A stretch of 44,152 nt of DNA, filler included, from Jimgerdemannia flammicorona (lineage: Eukaryota): NCBI GenBank assembly GCA_003990765.1. It is 2 parts of 2 records of this genome, joined end to end, with 100 filler letters (N's around TTAATTAATTAA, not from the genome) between each part and the next. Parts side by side here need not be neighbours in the genome. Positions count along the whole stretch, not along the records: positions 1 to 22,026 come from RBNJ01001348.1; positions 22,127 to 44,152 come from RBNJ01001349.1. The stretch is one strand, 5' to 3'. Below, piece by piece: positions 20,795 to 31,790 of the stretch; within the stretch, counting starts at the first letter, position 1; the number at the start of each line of letters is the position of its first letter. A model generated the notes under the pieces. It ran no database searches. It saw only the letters and a list, made by a program, of their open reading frames with translations, and was not told the origin of the DNA. The position numbers were made by a program, and so were the translations under genes.

Positions 20795-21172
20795 CTGCCG
20801 GAAATGCCCTCCGACTGCCAGAAGCACCCTCCGACCGCCAGAAGTACCCTCCGCCCCAGACTCCTTGGTGGCTTGGGGCTGCCCCTATGCCGCTGGTGGA
20901 GGGCCACAAATTTTGCACACTCTCTCCGCCTACCCTGCCCACCAACTGACCCCACCCACCAACCTGGGCGCTGACAGCTTGGGGCTGCCCCTTGCTACTG
21001 GCGGAGAGCCACAAATTTTGCGCGCTCCCTCCGCCTCCCCCCCCGACCTGGACACTTGCGGCTTGGGGCTGCCCCTTGCTGCTGGCGGAGGGCCGCAAAT
21101 TTTGTGTGCTCCCTCTGCTGACCTGCCCACCGACCCGCCCACCGACCCAGGTCCTGGCAGCTCGGGGCTGCC
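20795..21172. repeat. GC-rich tandem repeats between the convergent dioxygenase and transposase 3' ends
   Basis: gcttggggctgcccc...ggcggagggcc(a/g)caaatttt units start at 20871, 20977 and 21061, with a partial unit at 21160. Three ~20-bp gcc(a/g)gaa..ccctccga units lie at 20797-20855. Confidence 0.8.
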
Positions 21173-21295
21173 AACCCCGCCCCACTTTGGCTGCAAACTC
21201 TGGGCCAAGTCCTCAGGTTTTTTTCCTTTTTATTAATTTGAAAGGTATTAAATATTCCACAAGGCCAACCAACTTATCCGCGGACCCGTCGAATT

Positions 21296-22026
21296 TTAGC
21301 GGCCCGAGCCCCACCAAGACTTCAGACACATATATGCCCAGATTGTCTCAGCATTCAGCACACACCTCTTTGGGGCAACGAGGTCCACCCCACCTAAGAA
21401 CACCCACTCGATGGGAGTGCTGGAGGCAGGAACCGCCAGGTAGTCCCGAGCCATACCACATAGGCTGGGGAAGTCCATTTGATGCAGCTGCACGCCCAGT
21501 GGGTAGAGTAGAGCAGTGGTTAGATTGGTGGGTTAAATTGGCCCAACGCCTACCAGATAACCCACCTTCCACCAGTTAAGCACCTCCGTGCCCTCCAGCA
21601 GGACCACACGGTCGCTGGTGAGATAAATGGTAAGTTCATCTATTGACGGCAGCTCTTCCACTGACAGCTCCCTCTTCCTCTTTCTGCCGAAGTAAATGTG
21701 GGACAGGAGGGATCTCTCAGCATATTCGTCCGGACTTCGGCCAGAACCTTGCGGCGGTGCATAGTTTTTCCGGTACACTTCAATTATGGCCTGCTTGGTT
21801 CTCTCAATGAAGTGCTGCTCTCAGCTCTGATCTTTATGGTATTGTAGCTTTAAGCATGGGTCCAGCACTGTTCGAAGAAAAGGAGAGTGAGTTTTTTTGG
21901 GGTTTCCTCTGTTTTGGAAGGGGCAATGGCCACACGCCGACATCGACATACCTGTACTGATTGAGTATACGGCGGTATCTGTTTGGGTGTAGTATTTTCT
22001 AAGCTTGCTTAGAGCAACCACCACGG
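21296..22026 (-). pseudogene. hAT transposase C-terminal region including the dimerization domain, intron-containing, mutated
   Basis: ALSKLRKYY..[intron]..VLDPCLKL...*...IDELTIYL....EVLNWWK [intron] ..FPSLCGMARDYLAVPASSTPIEWVFLGG..LVAPKRCVL..ETIWAYMCLKSW is a classic Dimer_Tnp_hAT pattern (WW, P.L...A..L..PASS...ERxFS). In-frame TGA at 21821-21823. Confidence 0.92.
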
Positions 22027-22126
22027 NNNNNNNNNNNNNNNNNNNNNNNNNNNNNNNNNNNNNNNNNNNNTTAATTAATTAANNNNNNNNNNNNNNNNNN
22101 NNNNNNNNNNNNNNNNNNNNNNNNNN
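22027..22126. other. Assembly gap / artificial contig linker
   Basis: 44 N + ttaattaattaa (stops in all six frames) + 44 N = 100 nt. Confidence 0.95.
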
Positions 22127-23518
22127 ATAGCCTTGTACTTGTTATACTGGTCTATAATCTGCTTCCCAACATCCTTGTGCTCCAGCAACTTGCTGTTCAA
22201 TGTTTCGATATCCCATCCTGATAACTTGCCTTTGGAGTTCTGGGTATAAGCCATTGAGGAAGGTAGTTGAGGCTAGGGCCAGTTGGACTGCTGGTTGAAG
22301 GTTCGCCTTGATCATTTGAGCTTGAATCCGATGGTAGAAACTCTTGAGAGTTTCATTGGCAGCTTGGCTCATATAGGTCAAAGCCTCCTGTGCTTCTTGT
22401 TGGTGCTTGAATCCATTGAACTGGGCATGGAGCCAGGCTTTGTGAATCATGTACCTTACTACATGGTTCCTATCAGGTTGAAGGCCATCATTCAGTTCCT
22501 CTGTATGGATTTCTCCTCTGGCTTGCTTGGCTTGATTATACCTCTGTAGGGCTGGTCCTCTCAGAAGTGACTCCACAATTCTGAGTTTTCTTGCAGCATC
22601 CCATTGTTTGGCAGCTGCTTGAACTTCAATTTCTCCAAAGAATTTCTCGATATCTTCATTGTCTGCACCATGGAACTTCTGAAGGTAGCTCATGTCTGGC
22701 TCGTCTTCACTATCTGAGTATTGTTCAGAGGTGGGGGATCTGGCAGATCCTCAGGGTGATGGGAAAGGTGGTGGTGCTAGTACTTGATGAACTAGTGGTG
22801 CTGGCAGAGGGTGGTGTCTTGGTGAGGGTGAGGGTAATCTGACTCTTCTAATTAATGCTGGGGTTGAAGTCCTGGGTAGTGGTGGAGATCTTCTGATTGA
22901 CTGGTGATAGTGGCGAGGTGTGAGTGACCAGGGTACTGAAGTTCGAGCAACTGATGGTGGGAGTGGACTGATATAACTGATAGTGAGTTCGTCTGCCCCT
23001 TGCTGTTGTGAAGTAGTGAGGTCTTGTTTGTTTTATTGTGGGTTTGTATCACTGTCTGGATAATAGTATAGGTTGAATTCATCCCTTTGATGGTCTGATC
23101 CCCAATCGTTGTCTTGCTCTGGTTGATATGGATGATAGTCCTCTTCTCCTTCTGATGTTTCAAAGTATACCAGGTCTAGTGGAGTGACTCGAGTAACAAC
23201 AGTAGTTATGTAGTTACTTCTGTCTGAGTTCTTCCTATGGATAAGGGTCTGATACTCCTCGGGGATATCCTCTTCTTCTTCTTGGCCTAAGTCTTGGATC
23301 TGAAGGGGCGGTTCTGGTTGTCCTCTGAGTCGTCTCCTTTCTCTTGAAGTCAAACCATAATCTGGGTCACTTCTTTCTTCTGATTCGATTTTCTGGCTAC
23401 TGGTGTTGAATAGGGTCCTGGCTACTGTTCTGACAAGGGTGTGGGCTTTCTTTTCTGCTGAGGAGGGCTGTTGCTGCCTCTGGTTTAGTTGCTGACTTGG
23501 TCCTGCTAAGTTCTCCAC
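22127..23518 (-). pseudogene. Ty3/Gypsy gag with long low-complexity N-terminal extension
   Basis: ORFs 23033-23518 and 22142-22693 are in one frame, split by TAA/TGA stops explicable as CAA/CGA transitions. Capsid-like LQKFHGADNEDIEKFF...LLRGPALQRY...QAANETLKSFYHRI...FLNGLYPELQRQV. Confidence 0.85.
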
Positions 23519-24183
23519 TGTAGATAGCTGGGTTCTTGAGCCAAATGGTCAAGTCTTTTGAAAACTTTCCCAGTTGAGCCCCCAAAATGTGGCATTGGGT
23601 TTGTATCCCTAATTGCTTCTGACATGGCTCAATGTGCCACTTGGTGAAGCACTCAATGGATAACTGAGTGTGTTTGCGATGGTTATGGGTTGTTGGTCAC
23701 GTGATCGGGTCATTCGAAATATGTGATAATAGTGGGCGATCGTTCAACAATGGCTCAATTGTTTAGTGGATAAGAGCGGCAGTTATGCTGGCTAAGTTTC
23801 CTGGCGGCAATTAACTTGGCGGCAAACTTGGCAATGGTCTTGACTTTAAATGGTTCATGGTGCAGTAGGTTGGGAAAATGGAGGTTGACGGCTCACTCGT
23901 CCATCTTGACTTGTTAACTTAAAAGGTTCCTGGCAGTCATTCGGGTCTTTGGCAGCAGGTCAGTCTTTGGCAGTCTAGTATCCTTTGGCTGGGTATCCTT
24001 GGGTTTCTGGGTCTTGAATCTCGAATGGCAGTCAAATGGGCAGTCCGAATGGTGGCAGTCAGGTAATATTTTCTTTCTGTGGCAAGAGAAAATTCTTTAA
24101 CTCAAACTTCTGAGCGATCCATTGCTCTAGGTTGTTATCTTGTTCTCAGAATTTATCTGGTCTCTTAGAGGCAGTGGTTTCTT

Positions 24184-24632
24184 TGTAATCCTTTTTACTT
24201 TTAAACACAAACTGACTGAGGTTTATTCACTCTAGGAATATGGGTTATTTATACAAGTTTGCTAGCTATGGACACGGCTAAGGTATACTATGTTGTGGTG
24301 AACATTCGCTATGCTATTGGCTTGCATGATGCGAGGTGCAGGCTATTGTTTACTACAGATTGGGTTGTAGGGGATAGCAATGCTGGATTCGGACTTGCTG
24401 ACAAAATGCTGAAAACAGTGGCACTGGATAGCAACGCTGGAAACAGTTGTGCTGGGTAACAATGCTGGAAATGGACTTGCTGACTAAATGCTGAAAACAG
24501 TGGCACTGGATAGCAATGCTGGAAACAGTTGTGCTGAGTAGCAATGCTGGATTCGGACTTACTGACAAAACGCTGAAAATGGTGGCACTGGATAGCAATG
24601 CTGGAAATGGACTTGCTGACTAAATGCTGACA
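24184..24632 (-). mobile_element. Candidate LTR upstream of the minus-strand gag
   Basis: Minus strand reads TGTCA...TTACA and contains tandem repeats, then TATAAATA (about 24246-24253) and AATAAA (24222-24227). The core is homologous to 31557-31625. The upstream boundary is uncertain and there is no clear PPT. Confidence 0.5.
24377..24630. repeat. 82-bp tandem repeat built of ~27-bp aatgctg(g/a)a sub-units, about 3 copies
   Basis: Units start at 24377, 24459 and 24541. Confidence 0.9.
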
Positions 24633-24671
24633 TGAAGGCTGCACAATTCTCATGACTGACGGGTGGTACTT

Positions 24672-25771
24672 CTAGAGGAAATAGTACCCTTCGTCCACGG
24701 CGGGCAAATCTTGCTGGGTTAAGATTTCTTCTTCATCATACCTCTCCTCAAAAGGGGGAAGTGCTGGCCAAGAGGTGAGGGGGTAGAAAAGTGGCCAGTC
24801 ATCTTCAACAACATTCTCCAACCTTTGAACAGCTTGAATGTGGACAGAGGACTGGTAGACTCTCTGTTGCTCCTCTTCTTCTTCTGAAGACTCATCAGTT
24901 TCAGTGTCAGAGGGGGTTTCTTCAGGGGCAGGGTCTTGGAGTTCTTGGGCTTCCTCTTCAAAGACAGAGACCTCTTGGACTTCTTCTTGATTCAGTTCCC
25001 AAATGATGAGATGTGAATTGTGGTGGCAGGGTGGTGGGTGGTTGGGGTAGCTCCAACGGGTGCTTCTATGGTAATGGGTGGTCCTTCAAATATCTCCATA
25101 AGACTCATTAGGTGACCTTGATGGTTGTCTCAGAGTGGGGTGGTGTGGAAACCTGGCTGAGTAGGTTCAGTTTGTTGGCTTCCTACGGCGATACAGTTGC
25201 TGCCAATAGCATTGGCTACTTCGGATTCTATCCAGTCAGCATCTTCAGTTGATAGGTGGGAGAGGCTACCAGCTGTTACTCCTTGCAAGTGTGCTATAGC
25301 CCAGAGAATATGGCAGAAGATTTGGTGGACATGGAGGGCTCTCTTGATTAGCCGGCTGGTGGTTAACATTTCGGTAATGAGGTCTTCCTGGTCATCTTCT
25401 TGAGTCTCATTGTGAAGGTGGTGTCCGATTTCATAGTCATGCCAGAGGGTCATTCGTTTGGTAGTATCTTTGAGCTGTTGGGTCATTATATACCAGTAGT
25501 TGATGAAGTGTCCAAGGTCCTCGGTGTAGAAGTTCAAGTGTTCGGAAGTATCTGGGCACCAGATGGCCTTCTTGATAGCTTCAAAGATCAGGGTCTTTGG
25601 GTGAGGCAAAGGGGTAGAGCGGTGGGAGGTCTGGTTGGATCGGCGAATGGGAGGCATTGTGTGGTGGGTACTTGGTTCTTTGGTACCAGTCCCTGAGGTG
25701 GAGTATGATTCCTTAAATAACGTGGTCTTCATTTTGGCTTGGATCATCTTGTCTTCTTTTGGGATGATCAC
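24672..25771 (-). pseudogene. Uncharacterised TE-associated ORF(s): 213-aa helical-looking ORF followed by an acidic ORF
   Basis: ORF 25130-25771, then in another frame ...IWELNQEEVQEVSVFEEEAQELQDPAPEETPSDTETDESSEEEEEQQR...PAVDEGYYFL* ending at 24672. CpG-depleted like the TEs. No recognised domain. Confidence 0.45.
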
Positions 25772-26288
25772 CTAATGGGTCAGGCTGTCTATTTGATTGT
25801 CATGCCATTATGTCATCTGATCTTAGCAGTCACCAGTACTCCATTGTCAATTATGTATATCATACTATATAGCAAGTATATGAACAGAAATGTATAGTAA
25901 TATAAACTAAAAGATTATAAACTTAAACTATATTAAATAATATAAACTCAAACAACTATGAATACAAACTAGTAAATATAAACTGAAGTTTTTTTCCTAA
26001 TAATTAATATCAGGTTTGGGTATTTCTTCAACTATTCTTTTAGGTTGAAATAATGTGGTAAAGGCTTTGCTAGATCCAGTAGTTTATAATTCTTATTATT
26101 AAATTATCTTTACTTATATATAGAGAACTTAATAGTAGAAATGTAATTTTTTTGATTGATATAATATCTCTTATAGTTCATGAAATTCTTGGCTTTGTAG
26201 TAATAATATTAGAGAGAAGATTCAGAAAATATTCACTTGTAGCTTTGATAGATTCTCTTATATATTTCTCATAGAAGTAGCTGCTAAT

Positions 26289-29135
26289 GGAGATTTAGAG
26301 GAGGAGTTATATAAGGTGGGTCTTACAGAGATTGGAAAGGCTGCTGGAGAGGTGGGCTGGATCTTTGGATAGTAGTAAGGAAGGGAACTAAAGGACTCAA
26401 TAGACCCAGCAGGAGGTAGAAGAACTGAAGGGGCTGCTTAGGTAAGAGAAAAAACTACAGATAAAGAGAATAGTAGTACAGTTGCAGTGACAGGACCTAG
26501 AGAAGGAGGAGTGACCTATGAAGTACCTGTCAAGGCTGCTTCAGATAAAAAGGATAAGATAGCAGTAAGAAGGAGTATTGAATGAGGCAGGTGATATAGT
26601 GGTCAGGATATCAGAGATTTTGGACCTACTGTAGTCTCATTAGGGGCAGTTGTGGAGTAAAGAGGAGGGAGATAAAGATACACTAGACATTGAATGATGG
26701 CTAGAGAATTGGCCCCCAGACCCAGCAGTAGGCTAAGGTAAACTTAGAGTCTCTGTACAGGGAGAGGAGGTCTGTTAGATTTTGGTAACAATAAATATGT
26801 AAATAGCCTCAGGGGAAGATAGATTATCTTGGGATTTTTAGAAGTAGATAACCAGTGTGGAGGTTATACTGAAGGAGATAACATAAATGTATAATGAGAT
26901 GATTGGCTCAGAGACCTGGATTGGGGGTTAGTACTTGGGACTTATAGCTCTATTGTATAAGAATAAGGAGAGGAGAGAGGATTGGAAGAACTAGAGGCTA
27001 ATCATACTTCTGAATATGAATTGCAAGTTGGTAACAAAGATTTTGGTGGCCAGGTTGCAAGGGGTAGCTCAGTAGGTATTAGAGGCAGAGCAGCAGAGCT
27101 TTGTCAGAGATCATTTGATATGAGATAGAATAGCTTAGGTCCATGGTATCATTGAAAGAGCTCATACTGCTGAGATTAATAGTCAACTAGTCTTTCTGGA
27201 CCAAGAGAAGACTTATGATAGAGTCTGGCATATATGGCTGAAGGGAGTGTTAAAGTAAATAGAGATCCTCTCAGGGTTTAGGAAATTATTAATTAGTTTA
27301 TTAGAGGGGAGTCAGATAGCTATTATGGTGAATAGACATAGAGGGGAGTCATTTCCTCTAAGCAGAGGAGTACTATAGGGAGATCTACTGTTGTCAATGA
27401 GCCCTTGTTAGATAGGATATGGCACAGAATATGGGGATTGAATATTCTAGAAGTAAACTGAAATATGGGGGCCTTTGCTGATAATATGGTGGTCAGGCTG
27501 AGCTCTATAGAAGATATGGCAGTACTGAAGAGTACTATGGAATGGTATGAGAGATACTCAGGTGCTAAGCTCAATTGGCACAAGTGTAAGACTCTGGTCT
27601 TAGGTAAAGGAATAGTAAGAGGAGATATGTATGATTGAGATAGTTGTTCCAGTAGAAGAAGCAGTCCAGTATCTGGAGATTTATTTTTTAGTATATAGTT
27701 CCATACTGCCTCAAGATTGGTAGAAACAGTAGCTGTTCAAATGGGGGAATACTCTCTTAAGGTAGGGTAGCTGATATATATCTCTGATAAGAAGAGTGAT
27801 AGTGTTGAATATATATTGGCTGCCTAAGCTATAGTATTTGAGATATTACTTAAACTTCTCAGTATAGATGGTCAAGAGGCTGTTGAAGATAACTAGGTCA
27901 TGAATATGTATAGGATGGTAGAGTCAAATAGGCTGGGAGGTATTGATATTGTCAGTAGACAGAGAAGAGCTGGGTCTGGTAGATTTTATCAAGTGCCTAC
28001 ACTGCTTGAGGGTATAGTAGCTGAAGCCAGCAAGCAAATTGAGGGGTTGAGAGTAGATGTCTCTTATGCAGAGAGTGTGGGAGGTTTGGTTCTCTCTCTG
28101 GGACATAACTGGTGACCTGCTTTCTCTGATAGTACTAGAGGGGAGTAAGAAGATATGCTATAGGGGATTCTAGTGGGAAGTGATTAATAGTGCTCATCAA
28201 ATTAGACTCAGATAGTAGAGTGATAAGAGGGAGGAAGAATAGAGACCCCAGATATAAAGATAGGATCATCTGCTGCTAAAGATTACACTGGTAGATGAAT
28301 TTTATTTAGAGAATTGTATGGAATATCTATGAGAACATAGAAGAGATATGTGGCCTGAGACCTAGCAGGGGGTTGGAATTAGCAAAGAGTGGGACTAGAA
28401 CAGCATTTGGCCTTGAAGTAAGCAGGTGGTAAGGTGGCTTTCCCCCAAGTTCTGAGTGATATAGTGGAGGCTATTGTGATAGAATATAATACTGAATTAC
28501 TGATCAGAACATTTGGACTTTGGAGTGTGAGGAGTGTCTTAATGTTAGGCAGAAGGGTGGTATGGTGCAGACCTCTGAGCATTGGCTGGGGAAGTACAAG
28601 GTTTTAGGAGACTTTTGGAGAACAATCAAGGATTAGCTGGGGTTGTAATCTTTTGAGGGGTTGGAGAGTGGGTGATCTCTGGAGGAGGCTAGTGGGAGGG
28701 GTTGGAGATGAGTAGTTGATCTTTGGGTAGGCTCTGACTATTTGGGTTGGGCTTACTAGATATTGGTTTTATATATTTGAGAATGGTCAGTATTTGTACT
28801 TGGGATACAAGTTGTAAGGTAGGAGTAGTTATTGCTAGATATTCTAAATGGTTGGTGGTAAGGATAGAGACCTAGAAGAGGAATCGGTAGGAGACTTATA
28901 GAATATATTTGCAGGAAGAATCAGGAGAGGATTGGGGTTACTGGGGGGTTAGTGACTCTCTGAGAAGGCAGAGAGGGGGGGGGGGGGGGGAGTTTTATAT
29001 GAGGAAATTATATGTAGGATTAGGTGAAGAGTACATTTGTACCTTTGTATTAATATAATATAGAATAGATAGTAATAAAGTAGGAGTCCAAGTAACTATA
29101 AAAAAATAAAAATAAAAATAAAAAAATAAAAATAA
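26289..29135 (+). mobile_element. 5'-truncated LINE family A copy (RT region to poly-A)
   Basis: Degenerate QQSFV, FLDQEKTYDRV, GAFADNMVV and SGAKLNWHKC motifs. Tail taataaagtaggagtccaagtaactata-(A)n. 15-bp TSD gaagtagctgctaat (26274-26288) vs aaagtaactactgat (29136-29150), differing only by transitions. Confidence 0.9.
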
Positions 29136-29912
29136 AAAGTAACTACTGATTAATCTTTTTAATTATCTTCTAACTTCTTAAGTATGGGTAACTTCTTTAT
29201 TAAGTATGATAAATCTGTTGAATACTTCTTGAATAGTTTCATTATTGAGTCTATCAAATTACTCTTGGTTGATATGAGTCTTAGTCTATTTAGTAATAAT
29301 TCTATTAGCTTCTTCAGCTTAGTTCTGAAGAGTAGTCAGAGTAAAGGTGTTCTTGTATTATTATCAATAATGTTGATTGAGTTATCTATATTTATATATA
29401 GCTTATAGGTGAGATTAACTTCTACTGCTCCTAAATTGTAATAAAACTATATGTTGATAGAATTAATACTTTACAGATAATCAATATGACTATTAGTCCT
29501 AAGTCTGAATTCTTATAAAGAAGTGCTGAGTTCCAATTATCTGTTATAGTGATATAGTTCAGAGTATTGTTTTTATATTCTTATACTGAAAAAGATACTA
29601 TACTTATATCTCAAGTTAATTAGACTCAGAATTGTTAATAAGTCAGATCTAAGAGTTCTTTAATAAGAATACTACTTTATTCTTATAGTTAAAGAAAGTA
29701 GAGCTGAGATTATAATATACTCAATATAGAGAGTTTTATATAAGTTTTGGACTATAATTAAATATAGTATACTAGATATATCTATATATAGTTATACTCT
29801 ATTTGATATCAATAACTGCTAGTTAGAAATTCTATAGGAATTTTCATAGGAATTTCTATTAAAAATTCTATCAGAATTTCTAATAACTTATAGATATGTA
29901 ATAATTTATTAT

Positions 29913-31153
29913 ATCACTATTCTGACTGACCATTTGGCTCTTACCTGGTTGTTGACCACAAGCAAACTCAAAGGAATATTTACCAGATAAATCATAAAAC
30001 TATAAGCCTATGATATAACCATTATATACTACTCAGAAAGAACCCATATTAATATAGATATACTTTCACAGATACTCTGAAGTACTTATAATCTGTAAAA
30101 CCAAAATGAATAAAGAACTTTACTATGGAATCATCATCCATCTAGAATAGTAAAAGATATCCCAATATCTAGAAGAAAGAATATAAATAATTATCAACAG
30201 AACTTAGAAATAATTCAAAATAAATAGAGAAATATTTAAGAAAGAAAAACTATTAGTTATATCAGAATATAAGAAGAAATAAGCAATGAGGTCAGTATAT
30301 AAACTTAATTATCTAGGAGGAACAAATACTTATAATAAAGTAAAAATAATAATATAGTGGTCTAGAATAGAGGAAGATATTAGATAATTTGTCAAGATCT
30401 GTGATAAATATTAAACAGAAGCAAGATCAATAAAACTAGACACCAGAATTAGCAGATATAGAATTAGTACTATTTATCTATATTGCAATAGATGTAATTG
30501 GTCCACTACTCTAGATAATAACTAGTAACTAATATATTATTATTATTATAGATCTTTTTATGAAGTAGATAGAAGCTAGACCCCTCAAAGAAGCTAATAT
30601 ATAGTTAATTGCTAATTTATTTTACAGAGAAATCATCTATCAATTTAAAATACTAAAGTAAGTAATAACAGAAAAAGAAACAGAATTTATAAACCAGCTC
30701 TTTAAAGTTCTTTACAAGAAGTATAAAATTCAGCACATTCAAACTATAGTCTATTATTTATAGAGAAATAGATAGACAGAAGAGACTAATAAGATTCTCA
30801 AGAATATTATTACTAAGATTTGCAATAACTATAAAAATTGGAACTACTATCTACTAATAGTATTATTTTCTCTCTGAGATATATGATTACAAAGTATCTA
30901 TTTTATCCTTCAAAAATTACTATTTAGAGAAGAAAGTTCTAAAGAAACTCTATTATCTAATAGAGATATAGTATGGAAATATATAGATACTAAGATATAG
31001 AAATTGCACCAAATAAGAAAGAAGACTGAATATTATATAATTAAATTATAAGTATTGTAATAGAATAATGCTAAAAAGATCTATAAGCCCTTAAAGATTA
31101 TCAAGATAAGAGACAAAGTCCTAATATATCAGAATATAGTAAAAGCTTCATAG
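29913..31153 (+). pseudogene. Ty3/Gypsy RNase H C-terminus and integrase, hypermutated fragment
   Basis: ITILTDHLALTWLL..KGIFTR*IIKL*AYDITIIY...HINIDILS (RNase H end). *WSRIEEDIR*FVKICDKY (HHCC remnant). IAIDVIGPL, IDLFMK*IEARPL, and remnants of TDxGTEF and YHPQxNGQTERTN. Confidence 0.9.
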
Positions 31154-31466
31154 TATAATGAGTGAATAATATAGTATAGCTAGATAATATAAATACTTAA
31201 TATAGTATAGTTATATATATCTAGTTATCTATATATACTACTACTTATAATAAATCAGATTTGTTGATATATATTCTAAGAATACACCTATATCTATCAG
31301 ATATATCTATACTTATTAGATATATCTATACTCACCAGATATATCTAGTCACCCTCTTTTTAAAATGTATTACTACATATTCTATAGTTAGCTATATAGT
31401 AACCAGATAATAACTATAACTATCATAACATAGTAGGCATATAATTAGGGAAATATAGTGGATTTC

Positions 31467-31790
31467 TATAACTCTTCTTAACTTCTCAGAGTTATAAGTA
31501 GTATCTATCTGATCTCATTATCAGACTATTAGGGTGAGGCTTAAACTCTTTTGATCTGAGGTTTATTCACTCTAAATACTGGAGATATTTATATAAGTTT
31601 GCTAGCTATAAGGTGGCTAAGTTATGACTATGTTTCCTATAAGTCATTCTTCATAAGTATTAATCCTTAATATTTGTTAAATCTTTAATATCTACAAATA
31701 CTTTAATATCTATGAATACTTTAACATCTATAAATACTTTAATATCTATAAATATTTTAACATTTATTAAAGTTTTTACATTTGTTATTT
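31467..31790 (-). mobile_element. Second LTR-like segment with 18-bp tandem repeats
   Basis: tgaggtttattcactcta...tttatataagtttgctagctat...ggctaag (31557-31621) is homologous to 24217-24282. About 5 ctttaatatctataaata-like units at 31665-31770. Confidence 0.5.

Larger units (their letters stand above)
18067..22026 (-). mobile_element. hAT DNA transposon, 3' part (TIR, passenger gene, transposase C-terminus), truncated by the assembly gap
   Basis: Begins tagtgctccaaacga, near-identical to the TIR of the 8-bp-TSD MITE at 37345-37859 (tagtgctccgaacgag). Subterminal repeats follow. LINE homology stops abruptly at 18066. The hAT transposase reads toward this end. The second TIR is not visible. 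Confidence 0.8.

Noticed and set aside
22071..22082. Palindromic ttaattaattaa inside the N run
   Set aside because: Six-frame stop linker added during assembly, not biological. Adjacency of the two flanks is therefore unproven.
24377..24630. Repeat arrays as possible CRISPR (also 18160-18265, 19153-19340, 31665-31770)
   Set aside because: Tandem units without unique spacers, eukaryotic TE context, no cas genes.
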